From positions 14,833,480 to 14,897,479 of the forward strand of contig CM121342.1 in assembly GCA_051530055.1 (NCBI GenBank): 64,000 nucleotides of DNA. The letters run 5' to 3'. The translations under genes were made by a program, and so were the position numbers. Positions within the stretch are counted from its first letter, which is position 1. Every line of letters begins with the position of its first letter. The DNA comes from Neoechinorhynchus agilis. Its lineage: Eukaryota > Animalia > Acanthocephala. This document shows positions 12,695 to 25,296 of this stretch, in pieces. Below the pieces are notes generated by a model, which was not told where the DNA came from, searched no databases, and worked only from the letters and a program-made list of their open reading frames with translations.

Positions 12695-15600
12695 CTAATT
12701 TTTACTCCGATGAATTGCGTCGAATGCATCTGCAATCGCGTTTAGTTCTCTACACGTATTTAAAGCATTCGTAAGATATTGATCTTCGAATATTGATGGT
12801 TTTGGAGGTTTAAAAGTAGCACCGGTGACTAGGCTTCTTTTTTGAGGACGAGGAGGTGGCGTTCTTTTTTCTGCTTTTGAAGGCGCGAAACGGTTTGGCG
12901 CTGAAGTTGAGTTTTGACTTTGCATTAACATACAATTGAATCTCTTGGGCGGTGTGGTGCTCTTGGGGCCCAAAGATTGTCTTGGCAGTTCCGCAAAGTT
13001 CGAACATGCCATATTCGTACCGGCTAGATCATCGGTTCCATTCAATGATTCTATGAAATTGGTTTGCACATCCTTTTCTTTTAATTCGCAATCTATTATA
13101 TACAAATTATTTTTAGAATAATTGAAATCATCGTTACCTTTTAGTTTATTTATTTTCGAATTTCCTGTCCTATTATTTACAAGGCGCCGTATAGATCGTT
13201 CAAATAGTCTGAGTCTATGTTGTGCACGATTGTTCGCATCTTCAAAATCCTTTGTTTGCTTGATTATCTGGGACTTTAGTTCTTCTTGTGATTGCTCCAA
13301 GACTGTCACCCTTTTTCTATACCGACGAGCATGATTCTCCAAATCCTTGTTCCCTGTTAGAAGCTTCTTTTTCTCAATCTTGTTCTTCTTTAGTTCTACA
13401 ATCATTTGACTATTTAATTTCCTTATCATTTCATATTGATGGACAGCATTAACCGAAATGTTATCCCGAAGTTCCGCCTTTAACTTGTCAATTTTACGTT
13501 CTTGCCTCTGTATAGTTATTGATTTATCTTGATTGTCACTTAAAACGCAATCATACTTCTTTTGAATAGTTTCCACTTTTTCTAACAATTCCCCATTTTG
13601 CACAAGGAGATTTTCTAATTTCATAGAACCTTCTGCTAGTTTCGTATTCTTCTCCCTTAATTCATTATAAAGATATTCGTATTTAGTTTTGAGATCAGAG
13701 ATATCAGTTTTAGCATTTTCCAAACAACCTTGAAGTCTTAGATTTTCTTCTTTGTTTTTTATAAGTCCTGTATTTTCCTCTAAATTCCTAGACTGTTCCA
13801 AATGCTCTAGTTTTCCCATAATTTTTTGAAGTTTTAGTTCCAGTGATCGCTTATCAGTTTTCCATTTTATTTCTTTCTCTAAGAACTGTTGAACTTTCTT
13901 TTCAGCCATGTACAACTCTGCTTTCAATTTCGCTTCGACCTCAACAATTTCCCGATCTCTTGATTTCCTTGTAATTTCATTTTGTTCGTTGATTTCCTTG
14001 AGTTGATTCAATTTAGCATTTAAGTCATTTATCAGTTGACCGTTAGCCTGAGATTCTGCAACCATTTCTTCATTTTGCTTTCTGACTTTTTCTAATTGGT
14101 TTTCCATTCCCACTAAAGCTTTCACTTTCGTATCCAATTTCTCATTGGCTGCTTTAAGGGATCGCTCCAGCTTACTTATTTTCTGTTGGCTTTCATCGAT
14201 ACGACACTGCATCTCCCGTTCCGTTTTCGATACTCCCATTTCCTTTTCTTGCTGGATAGACGAAAGCTTCGTTTTTAAATCCTGATTTTTCTTAGTCATT
14301 TCCTCTAATTCCGAAGAAAGCGTTGCATACTTCTTGTTTTTCTGCTCAATGTCATACTCAGTAAGCTTCTGCTTCCTTTTTAGTTGTGTATTTTGAGCAT
14401 TAAGATCATTGTTTTGTTCTGATACCTCCTTAAGCTTGCGTTTGTGGTCAATCAATCGATTTTCATTCTCACTCAACTTTTCCAAAATCTCTGTTTGGTG
14501 TTTCTGTAATTTCATCACCTCTACTTGTGCGTCTTTTGCAAGTGATTTAAGCTCATTTTCTTTTTGCGATAAATCACCATTTTTTCCTTTTGTAAGCCTT
14601 AAATCTTCCGTCAAATTCTCATTCTGTTTTGTCAATTCTGCTATCCTCAAAATCTGATGTGAACAATTTTTGTTCCTTTCCTCTAAATCGTTTTCCAATG
14701 CCCTCGTGTTCGTTCTCAGCTTCTTAATTTCTATGTTTAATTTATTGCTTTGCTCGGACATTTCCTTTAGCCTGCGATTAGTGTTCTCTAGCAGCTTTTC
14801 CTTCTCAATTAGCTCCTCCTTCAACATTTTGCACTTGGAATCCGATTCTTGAATTGTGGGCGAGCGATTCTCTGTTTGAGGTTTAGTTTCTTGTTTTTGA
14901 AAATGACCAACAATCACGTCTTTTCCATTTTCACTTTGCAAAGCCTCTTTTGTATGCGTGTTCCAACCGAAAGGTTCGTCATCAGACTGATATTTTCCTG
15001 GCTGATCGTCTTCAGTTTTCTTACATTCGGTGTCATTTATTACATCGGGACTTTTAATTGACTTTTTCTTGCCGTCGGTGCTTCCCTTGCCATTTGAATT
15101 CTGAATTTGCATGGTTTTTTCTTTTTGTTTCCCTTGCTCAGTTGATTGACCATTTTCCCTTTTATCCACAGCAGCCATCAGATCCGACAAAGATGAGTAA
15201 GGGCAATTTTTATCGTATGAGTGTTCATCTTCACTTATAAGTATAGTGTTTATTGTTGTTTTCCTGTCATTGTCTCCATCGAACAACAATGCTGACAAAA
15301 GACAAGTGAGTGTCGTTTGGTCGCTCGCGTTCAATCTTGTGCACATTTCGAGGAATAAATCACTAACTGAAGGCGTAGACAGTCCGTATCCGTAAAAGCT
15401 CAAAATCAAGACAGCGCGCCCTAACAGCTCCATTGGTTTAATCGCCATCTTATAGCGATTCTCTAAAAACTTTTTCATTTCGCTTGGCCTTTTTCCAAGC
15501 ATCGAAAAATCTTCATGTGGATTTTGTTCATTCACATTTTTTTCAATTTGACAGCAAATGTCCTCCATTATTTTATAAACACCATTTGGGTCATTAATAG

Positions 15601-15700
15601 AAATCCAAATTTTAATATTTCGTCGGATCTTACATGTCGGAGATACGGAGGCAGCGACGAGGTTAGTTATCATGGTACGAATATTCGCGTTAAGACTCAT
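12695..15700 (-). CDS. Intronless 1001-aa protein: ~160-aa N-terminal region, long K/E/L/Q-rich coiled coil, Pro/Ser-rich tail; family not recognised
   Basis: Uninterrupted 3 kb ORF from ATG to stop, with heptad-like composition over roughly residues 290-830. Confidence 0.8.
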   Translation of the reverse strand: MSLNANIRTMITNLVAASVSPTCKIRRNIKIWISINDPNGVYKIMEDICCQIEKNVNEQNPHEDFSMLGKRPSEMKKFLENRYKMAIKPMELLGRAVLILSFYGYGLSTPSVSDLFLEMCTRLNASDQTTLTCLLSALLFDGDNDRKTTINTILISEDEHSYDKNCPYSSLSDLMAAVDKRENGQSTEQGKQKEKTMQIQNSNGKGSTDGKKKSIKSPDVINDTECKKTEDDQPGKYQSDDEPFGWNTHTKEALQSENGKDVIVGHFQKQETKPQTENRSPTIQESDSKCKMLKEELIEKEKLLENTNRRLKEMSEQSNKLNIEIKKLRTNTRALENDLEERNKNCSHQILRIAELTKQNENLTEDLRLTKGKNGDLSQKENELKSLAKDAQVEVMKLQKHQTEILEKLSENENRLIDHKRKLKEVSEQNNDLNAQNTQLKRKQKLTEYDIEQKNKKYATLSSELEEMTKKNQDLKTKLSSIQQEKEMGVSKTEREMQCRIDESQQKISKLERSLKAANEKLDTKVKALVGMENQLEKVRKQNEEMVAESQANGQLINDLNAKLNQLKEINEQNEITRKSRDREIVEVEAKLKAELYMAEKKVQQFLEKEIKWKTDKRSLELKLQKIMGKLEHLEQSRNLEENTGLIKNKEENLRLQGCLENAKTDISDLKTKYEYLYNELREKNTKLAEGSMKLENLLVQNGELLEKVETIQKKYDCVLSDNQDKSITIQRQERKIDKLKAELRDNISVNAVHQYEMIRKLNSQMIVELKKNKIEKKKLLTGNKDLENHARRYRKRVTVLEQSQEELKSQIIKQTKDFEDANNRAQHRLRLFERSIRRLVNNRTGNSKINKLKGNDDFNYSKNNLYIIDCELKEKDVQTNFIESLNGTDDLAGTNMACSNFAELPRQSLGPKSTTPPKRFNCMLMQSQNSTSAPNRFAPSKAEKRTPPPRPQKRSLVTGATFKPPKPSIFEDQYLTNALNTCRELNAIADAFDAIHRSKN

Positions 15701-16435
15701 TTCTAAAATTTAAGAAGGGGTTTTCAGATAAGAAATCAATATGTTCGAGCGTTGTGTATTGATAAAAATGAAGATACATTTTAAAATAAAGAATAATTGA
15801 AAATTGCACTCAAGGGATTTTATACCCCAATCACTGTTAGCGGCAAACCGAATACAAAACAATTTTGAATTAATACCTTAAAGCGAAGGATTTTATAAAT
15901 TGTAAAGTCACCCATTTATTAGCTTTCAAATGTAAATCATAAAAACCAAGTTGCTTGAGATAATCCCGTGTTTTCAGAAATGATTTAAAACGGAATCCCA
16001 CCCACAACGTTCGGACAAATCGCAATTCAATGGTGTTCCCTTAATTCTCCCCTACTTTTATAACCACCGTTTGGGCTTATTAAATGCAGTGAGTTGCTAA
16101 GTAGCGATTGGTGTGTAGAGTCCAGACTTTCCCACATTGCCTTTAAAATAACCTTATCCGCTATGCTTGTTTGACCTTTACAGTCCATGTAGATCTTAGT
16201 CAATCAATTTCGAGAAAAAGACAAAAGCGAATGAAGTTCCTACCAATTTTTATACGATGATGTTACTAATAGGAATTCCTGACTAAGATAGACGCCACAT
16301 TGGTTCTTTGAAAACATCGAACTTTAAAATTTCTTCTCGGTTAATTTAATGTACTAAAATCCAAGAAAATGATTTTTCATCGAAAAGGAGATTAAAAATC
16401 AGAATACATAAGTCGCGTTCATTTAGAGAATAGGT

Positions 16436-16605
16436 GTTGGTGTTGATAATTTATTTTAAAATATTTCGTAAGTTTTTTGCTTACCTCTTCAGTTATATTG
16501 CTTGTAAGTTTCAAATATGTGGGTTATTTGAAACTTACAAGCAATATAACTGAAGAGGTAAGCAAAAAGCTTACGAAATATTTTAAATAAATGATCAACA
16601 CCAAC
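16436..16605. repeat. Near-perfect ~82-bp-arm inverted repeat with a 7-nt loop (foldback MITE or hairpin RNA)
   Basis: 16436-16517 is the reverse complement of 16525-16605 apart from one T/G mismatch and a small indel; loop TGTGGGT. Confidence 0.95.
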
Positions 16606-16945
16606 AACACCAATCCGGGGGAAAACATCGCCAAACTCGAATCAAATTCACCCCGACGACAATTCTCTGTGATATTTTAAGAATAGTTTCAAATTATTAA
16701 ATGATGCGGGTCTCTTGACTTAGTACACAACCTGCTCGCTCGCAGCACAACGAATACTAATCAAGCATTTGGGAGGTGAGGGGAAATATCGTGGTTCATA
16801 AAAATCGTTATTGATATAAGGTATTGCTTTGGGAAATCGCTTGCTTTTAGATATGTTCTTGAAAACATGATTGCCTGCTTATCTTCATAAAATACTTGGA
16901 AAAACATAGTGCTTATCACACCCGAAATCGGTTATAATTATTGTG

Positions 16946-19065
16946 CCAACATGATAAATATTGAGCCGAAACGAGTCGTTTTTAGTTAATATTAAATATA
17001 GAAGACTTTAATGACTTAAGAATGGAAGTTTGATGAACTGATTCTGTACGAAGCTAAGATTTTAAAACACACGTCCTATTATTGCTTGAGTATAAGTTTA
17101 AAAACCGTAAGTCGCGACAATCCGGTAATAAAAATCAACGATCAACTATAAAGAATATGATTTACCGATGTTATCGCAGATTTCAAATCGATGAACTCAT
17201 TTTTCAAATAAAATTATTACCAGTCTCATAACAAAGTCGGGGAATGTCCTAGTCGCCACCTGAGACACTTATACCTAAGCCCGTAACGTATCATCGAAGC
17301 TAGGCAGACGCTATGCTACTGTTCATCTACAAAAAGTCACGAATGTCACCTAGAGATCTTTAAAAGAGTATATTCAAGCTTTGCAAAAGGCAGAAGATCA
17401 CAGCTATCTTTAGTTAATTGTAACGAAGTTGTTCACATATATGTATTTTTTGGTGGTTGAGAAGAATAGAGAATGATTTTATTAATTCTAAATATTTCAT
17501 CCGTCTCGTCGGACTTCTTCAGGTCTAAAAGGTAGGTCAGGATAAAGCCACCAGTCAACTTAAACAGATTACAGACTGAAATTTAGGCTAAAACCAGCGG
17601 TAAAATAGGGTGGATTAAAAACTAAAATCTAGGTAAAAGCCCAGGGTAAAATAGGGCGGATTACATAGTTAACTCAGACTAAAGCCACCAGTCACTTTAA
17701 AGGGATTACAGACTAAAACCAAGGATAAAAACACAAGTCAAATAAGGCGGATAGCAGACTAAAACTTAGGCTAATGAAACCAATTAAATAAGGTGGATTA
17801 CAGACTAAAACTCAGGTTGAAGCCCCCGGTAAAATAGAGATGATTACAGACTAAAACTCAGGCTAAAGCCACCGGTAAAATAGGGCGGATTAAAGATTAA
17901 AACTCAGGATGACGCAACCGATAAGATGAGGCAGATTACAGAATATAACTCCGGCTAAAGCAACCAGTCAAATGAGGCGGATTACAGACTAAAACTCTGG
18001 ATAAAAACATCAGTTAAACGGGTCGGACTACCGACTAAAACTAAAGCTAAAACCACCAGTCAAATAAGACGGATTAAAGACTTTAACTCAGGGTAAAGTC
18101 ACTAGTAAAATAGGCAGATTATGGACTAAAACTCTGTATGAGGCAAGCGGTTCAATAGTGCGGATTACAGACGAAAAATCAGTATAAAGCAACCTGTCAA
18201 ATGAGGCGGACTACAGACTAAAATTCAGGCTAAAGCCACCAGTCCAATGAGGCGGATTATGGACTAAAACTTAGGCTAAAATCACCGGTCAAATAAGGCG
18301 AATTACAGAAACTCTGGCTAAGACGAGGCGGACGAAATATTGATAATAATAAATCAATCTCTATTTTTCTCATCACCAAGCAAAATGCATACTTTAGTTA
18401 TTTATCAACTAATTGATGCCTTCTTAGAACCACGCTAAATTGATTTTTTTGAATAATATACGAGGTTTTACTTCTATGCGAGTATCTTAGACGTTTTTAT
18501 CAAGGTGAGATATCAAACAAGTTTTTAACTCTCACACGTTACCTCGTTGATTTTGGTGGTCGTTTTAATACTACTGAGATAAGTGATTTCCATTTTATGT
18601 CTGAATACAAATCAACGCCTCATCGATTAAATTTTCACCATCAACGCTTCTCTTTTTTCTTTGGTAAATTTCTTTACGATTTTTGATAACTGCTATAAGT
18701 TATAAATAAAAACAACTGTAATAGTTTTTTTGCAAATATTATTTCTTTTTTTATATCATTATTATTAGAACAAAGAAGCGTGACAATGAGTTGGGAGCAT
18801 ATCTGTCAAATAGACTTTATCAGTCTTAACTTTAATGATTTATAAAATCTATAGAATGGACGTCCTTGAAGTTTATTGTCTGAGCAATGCCCATAACTTG
18901 CCCTCCACAACGTAAGCCTATTCGACGCGTGAATTTAAACTGTCCACTCCTTTATTTTCGAAATTCCTTTTTTGTCCTCAATATTTAACAACTGTAGTAT
19001 ATCAATAAAGTCTTGTTTACTGATAGATTTAAAGCAAAATGACAATCCTGTATTCTCTAGTTTCA
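16946..19065. repeat. Copy B of the 2.1 kb duplication, including the 46-bp array at ~17535-18320; ends in a local 60-bp tandem duplication
   Basis: Direct match to 1-2120. tagatttaaagcaaaatgacaatcctgtattctctagtttc occurs twice, 60 bp apart (19024 and 19084). Confidence 0.97.
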
Positions 19066-19164
19066 TCCAGTCCTGTTTACTGGTAGATTTAAAGCAAAAT
19101 GACAATCCTGTATTCTCTAGTTTCCTCCCGCCGTCGTCGACCGCCATCCTCCGGATAAGTCGTC

Positions 19165-19510
19165 CGCCGGACCTGCTCTCCACTCCGGCCCGACCGCCAT
19201 TCACTCCGGATGCGTCATCCACTTCAAATTCCGACTCCGTCATCCACTCCAAATTCCGGATCCATCATCCACTCCGAATTTTCGCATCCGTCATCCACCT
19301 CTTCCGATCCGTAATCCACTCCAACCTCCGGATGCGTCATCCACTTCAAATTCCGACCCCGTCATCCACTCCAAACTCCGGATCCGTCATCCATTTCAAT
19401 TCCGGATCTGTCATCCAATCCAAATTCCAGATCCGTCATCCACTTCCGGATTCGTCATTCACCTCTTCGGATACGTCATCCACTCCAAAATCCGGATCCG
19501 TCATTCATCG
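19165..19510. repeat. Degenerate 21-26-bp minisatellite (CCGTCATCCACTCCAAATTCCGGAT)
   Basis: About 12 recurrences of gtcatcca; a shorter related stretch lies at 2485-2566. Confidence 0.85.
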
Positions 19511-21989
19511 GCACAGAAATCGTGATTAAGAAAAGGATATTGTGGACCGATGATGATATTTAATGGCGTATCAGATTTTCAATCACTATGACGCATTTTT
19601 AATCATTTCTCAATTTGCTGGACTTATTTAAAACTATAAGACATCGGCATTTTCTATGAACAGACGACGCATTTTAGGTATTCACCAACAGCGTCGAATC
19701 GACTGCGCACTTTGATTCGTAATTACGAACGAAATCGAGTATTTCGAATTCCTGAGCAAATATGTAAGTAAATTTGGATTTTAACTGCTCTAAAATGACG
19801 TGTGGAGATCTTAACTGAGTTAAAGTAACGAAATTAAAGTGTGGAAAGTTCTATCCACCTATTGAGCGGTTCTGGAGCTTTGTCAAGCTAATGTGCAGAA
19901 TTCTAACTCACGTTATCAGTGGAAAATTCCTCCCCGTCCAACCGTCCGGGATATAAACAGAGCCTCAGCGATAGATAGTTCCATCAGGTCTTTGGACACA
20001 AACCCAATTCAGGTGGTGAGTTAACCACCCACAGTCCCAGTGGAACTATGAGTGGTTCTTTGATTACGGTGGAGCCATAATTTTGCGTCCCGATTCAGTG
20101 CGTTGCTGACGTGTTCCATCAAAAGTAGATGCAAAAGCCGTTAGTTTTTGCCTTTATATAGACGAACTCACGATTGTTATTGGTCAAATATCGTTCGCAG
20201 GTCATCTCGTTGACAACGTTGCTTCGAGTGCAAATCCAATCTTGGCAGCCATTCGTGTCCACGGATTTTCTCAGGTACGATTCTAAACATGTTTCCGGCG
20301 TTACATGATATCGAGTTCTGGTCAGGAATCGCATAAGTGAAGGCGCACTTCTGTGGACATTTGGTCATCCATTCTCGATCGTCGAAGCAGCTTTCGAACG
20401 TCATTAATGAACTTTTCGCTGATGGAGGAATCTGAGTATCCGGAGGGATGTTGCGCTTCCCTGAACCAGATCGGTGGGCTGCGTGCCCAAAGATACTAAA
20501 AGTTAAATGGCTGACCAGACTTCAAAAATATATTTTTATCTAGAGTATCGGTTTCCTCCATATCGATTAGCGCCACTGGAACCGCAAGATCTCTTTTTAC
20601 GCTTGTATCCATTATAAGCTAAGATTGCGTTCACCCTATCTATTGGCAATCGTTTCTCCGTTAATGACGATGGACAAACCAGTGATATAATGTGAATCGG
20701 TCTGCATTCAAGCAAAAACGCTGTTGTCAAAGTTACCGAAAGCCACTCATCACCTCATAAAAATGCTGTTCAACTTCTTGCGTGTAGATAGAAGTGAGAC
20801 GACAGCATCAGCATCTTGCTAACCCAAGATTCAGACAGCTGATTCCAAAAGTGTGATTGAGTAATTGATTTAACTGACCCGTCACTGTACGGGAGCTTCA
20901 TTTTTATATGCTAAGTTGTTACTATGTAAAGTTCTACACTATTTATTGTTGCAGTTCCCATGGAAAAGCCAGGTCTATTTACATTCTCATCTCTAATTTC
21001 TATATGGAATCTATAAATGTGATTATTTTCGATACACAAGCATATTCTGTTTGAGGATAATCTCCGAAACGGGGATTTTCCGGAAAAAACTGATTAATTG
21101 GGTCTAAACATTGTTATGGTATCAAATTTACGGAACGATGAGCCCGCTCATATGTTTGAGAATTTAAAAAAGTGATCGAACAAAGAGTTTCTTAGTCCCA
21201 TTTTTTATAAGGGGTGACCAGCTTGCATGTGGGCCTTTCATCGGTGCCGGAATCCCTGTTTTAGGGTGAAAGTGATCAAATCCACGATCGCCGATGACTC
21301 ACAACCAAAAGGACGAAATACCTCGTTGAAGGGGAGAGGAAACTCACTGACCAGTTCCGTCTTCCCGGGAGATATCTGAGGATCCGGAGAAATTAGTACA
21401 AAACTCATAACCGAATGGAAAAGGTTTCAATCCACGATCGCCGATGACTCACAATCAAAGGGGCCGAAATACCTCGGGCCGAAATACCTCGTTGAAGGGG
21501 AGAGGAAACTCACTGACTAGTCCCATCTTCCAGGGCGGTATCTGATTATCCGGATAAATTAATACAAAACTCATAATCAAATGGTTCATCATGACCGAAT
21601 GTATGCTCAACAAAAGTTTACATTGATTAACCCGAAGGATTTTCTATCGAAAACCAATTAATATCAAGGAACTTAAGAGTAAAGTTATAATAACACATTT
21701 TATTGATACAAACAGAGAAACCATGCCCTCCTCTGAGTCCTCGTGAGCACTCGAGTTCTGATTTGTCAAACGAATGCGGTCATTTATTTCGAAGAGGATT
21801 ACGGGTTCCGTCGGGCGGGAATTGGTGGTCATTGTTTGTGGGTGATTTATTGGATTTCGGTCGGTTTAATTTGTTAGGTTGTTGTCTTCCGTTCTTTCCT
21901 CAGAATCAATTCGTATTTGGGGGATTGAGCAGAGGGGAAGAGCGGAGGTACTGATTTGTGCTTGGGCGATTACCTTAAATTCCCCGTGA

Positions 21990-22400
21990 ATTTCAGTTCT
22001 CTCCCTTTCGTCTGCTCTTTTCTACGATGTGGTTCAGGTCGCTGAGGACTACATCGGGGTCGTCTCCTATAGTCTCCTCGAAATATCCACGCGTTGAATT
22101 GTGACTTTAGCGATTTTTTCACCAGATTGAAGCCAATGTAATTTGCGATATCAACCAAGATAATAGTTGCATTAAAAGAGTTGAAAGAGTCGTTGAAATC
22201 GAATTTTAGAACAGCGTTTGAAGGGTGCAGGGAAAGGCGTATTTTCATGAGTCTTTCACCTACGTTGACTGGATGCAGACTGTGGTCCTCAACTAGTTTC
22301 GTTTTGATGTCGACCCATCCGGAGCAGCCGGGTAAAAAAATAAAGAATTTGAAAACTCTAAGCCCCCATCGATCCCGGATCCGATTGCTCGACCTTCGAA
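21990..22400 (-). mobile_element. Highly degenerate CRE-like RT remnant
   Basis: AVLKFDFNDSFNS, FNAW, and GDDPDVVLSDLNHIVEK in shifting frames; homologous to the 5011 and 59706 ORFs. Confidence 0.6.
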
Positions 22401-23402
22401 ATCAACACGGTCCATGGGAAAACTAAAAGTTAAGACAATTGCGAGAATTGACGGTTACAGCGGTCACCTGAAACCAAGCCTCCGAGTTGAATGATCTTCC
22501 ACCGCTGATTCTGGATCACAATTGAGGACCTCCACCAGAATCCCTTTTGCCTACCACAGTTCTTAGCCGACTTGTATGACCCTACTTTGGCGTTTCCCAA
22601 GTGCTACTCCGGGGAACTGTAATTTCATAGTTCAAAAATGTAATCTGAATGCTGTTATAGCGCTCGGTCACTACGATTTGCATATAAGATTAAGTTTTAT
22701 TCTTTGTTTTAAGCGGTTAACAGTATATCCATTTATTATTCCGAAATGCGCACCACCGAAAACGAATTCTATAAATGGGAAGTGTGACTTAGCAATTAAT
22801 TGATTCGATATCGAATTTTCGCCTTTTCAGCGATTATCGGCACGTTTATGTCTCATTCAATTTTTCCTAACGCTCTAAAAAGATTTTACATTTACCATTT
22901 AACTACGGTCGGCAATTGGTTCTGACAAATGACCAACTATGAATTGATCAGCAGTTGGTCTAATTTTCAAGGCGAAGGTCAGCCTGCCTGATTTTATTGT
23001 TAAAGAATAGATGAAACGACCGGAAGGCACCTTATTTACAGTGAGAACAAAAGTTCTAACAAAAAGTATTTATTGATCTTTGTATGGCTCAAAGGATAGT
23101 CGATGCAAACGTGAATGTAGTCTGTAAGGTTTTTAGAAAACAAGTTTCAGCGAGTGGGACATGGATGAGCTAAACGATTCTTCTAAAAGTGGAAATTTGC
23201 ATTCGTTTTAGAACGAAATGTTATTGCAATTCTAAAAAGCTATACAGCATTTCGAACACTATGATTGTTCAAAAGAACTTACAGTTCATTTGCACTTTTT
23301 TGAACAGTCACAATTCACACTAAAAAAAGGCTGACTCATATCAGTGGTGTTAAGCTCACGTTTTCATTGTTTTTAGAGAGATATTCGTGAATTTCAAAAA
23401 CG

Positions 23403-25296
23403 ATGATAAAGACTGCGGGTTTTCGGGTACTGGTAATTGTAAATATTCTCCATTTGATTCGATGTGATCTCAGCAAACAAATTGCTGTCAGCGTTTACGA
23501 TGGCATAATTCATTCAGAGTTCTGTGGAGCTCGTATACAAAACGCAAACTATAGCCAAGTGCTTTTGGAACGCCCTTCGGTATCCAAACATGAATTTTAT
23601 CCCATATTCAACATCCCGAAATTCGCTGTGAATGTTTGTAGCGCCGACAGCTTACTTAAATATCGACATAAAATCAATGGATCATTTGTGATTTCAACTT
23701 ATGATCCCAATTGTACGTATACTCTACAGACGTATCGATGCGTGGTCTCGTGATTTAAAAATCGATGGAGCTGAGATTTCGAATCACGACCTCGTCTATA
23801 ATCTTCAATTGGCAGGAGCTAACGTTGTAGCTATCACAGTCACCGATAAATACCCAAATGTGGTCTTCGATTTCAATATAGCACCAGTCAACGTCCGGGC
23901 TATTCTGCTTCTAAACACGGTTACTTCTCAAATCATGGCACTTGGGTCTAACACTTCTGGAAACATCTTCGAATCTGAAGTTACTACTCGACGGCGTATA
24001 GATCCTTGCATTATTCTCTTATTGACCACTGCACTGTCCTGTATGGCAATTGGAATGTGGTGGGGACAGAGCATCTTCGCTGAGATGATGCTCATGTACT
24101 CGTTAAGCGTTGCAATCGAAAACGAACAACAGTATGAACAAAGACCGACATCGAGGTTCAAAGGATGGTTATCGAAATTCGAAACTGTGGAACCTGTAGC
24201 TAAAATCACAATAGTCGGAGTTCTGTTCGGTTTCGTAATGATCGTCATCGTACTGCTCCTGAGCTTCTATTTCCCACAAGTAATCGCTCCGATCGTAGTA
24301 GCCATATACTCCATCGGCGGCTTGTTCAGTTTATCTCTTTCACTAACTTACGTATTCAGATATCTGCCCACGAACAAAATAACAAGCAAATGTGTATATG
24401 GAGGCGGACGACACTTTGGAAAAGTGAAGATCGGACATCTTATTGCTATTGCGATTTCGTTGGCTATCATTATAAGCTTCCTTGTCATCCGAAAAGACAT
24501 ACTTGTCGCTTGGCCTCTTCAAAATATCATTGGAATCGCTTATTGTATTGTTTTCATTGCATTTTTAAGAGTACAAAATCTCAAAATCATCACAGTCATC
24601 ATGATTCTATTTTTTCTATATGACATATTCTTCGTATTCATCACTCCTTACATTTCACTGTTCGATCCCACTACAGCTCCACCGACTTTTACGACACCAT
24701 CATCATCAGTGGTCCCAAATGCGACTACAGGATCAACACTTACGACCTTGACAACAAAAACCACATATTCTCCCACTGTATCTACAAGCCGTCCTCCGAG
24801 TGTGATGGAAGCAGTGGCTCTCGGACTTAATTCCGGTGGTCTATTGCCGATTGTGTTTGTGTATCCGTACTTTTTGCCAAGCTACACTAATCCGTGTGAC
24901 CAAAATGCGGCCGTAAGAGTAGGAATACTCGGACTAGGAGACGTATTGATTCCAGGTATATTCGGCATGTACTGTAGCATCTTCGATCTTGTTCATGATT
25001 ACAAAAAACCTCGAATATACACGTTTGTATTTCTAGTTTCATATCTGGCAGGACTTCTATTCACTTACCTCGCTCTTGCACTCACTACAATGGCCCAACC
25101 AGCACTTTTGTACATTGTGCCAAGCACTTTAATAGCGATCTACACTACCGCAATCTTGAGACGAGAGCTGGTAGATATATTCTTTGGTCGAAGCATAGAA
25201 GCCATAGTTCCCGTTCAAGCAACCAAAGCAAAAGATAGATCTGATCAACTCATTGAAACGTCCGTCGCAAATAACGATAACGTTACAGTTCTTTAA
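23403..25296 (+). CDS. SPPL2: Signal peptide peptidase-like 2 (SPPL2-type GxGD intramembrane protease) with PA domain; frame broken by a ~64-nt insert at 23736-23799
   Basis: Signal-peptide-like N-terminus, PA-like NCT...LQLAGA, LFFLYDIFFVFITP, LGLGDVLIPG, QPALLYIVP. Confidence 0.9.

Noticed and set aside
12810-15706. Numerous short ORFs antisense to or overlapping long CDSs (also within SPPL2, tubulin, Nup133 and calcineurin)
   Set aside because: Expected shadow ORFs of biased coding sequence with no recognisable motifs.
1-19065. LTR retrotransposon with 2.1 kb LTRs
   Set aside because: No gag, protease, integrase or LTR-type RT between the repeats; no PBS, PPT or TG..CA end identified; homology continues in mosaic form beyond the repeat.
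18935-19529. ORFs of 105 and 185 aa
   Set aside because: They are translations of a 60-bp duplication and a minisatellite; no evidence of real coding.
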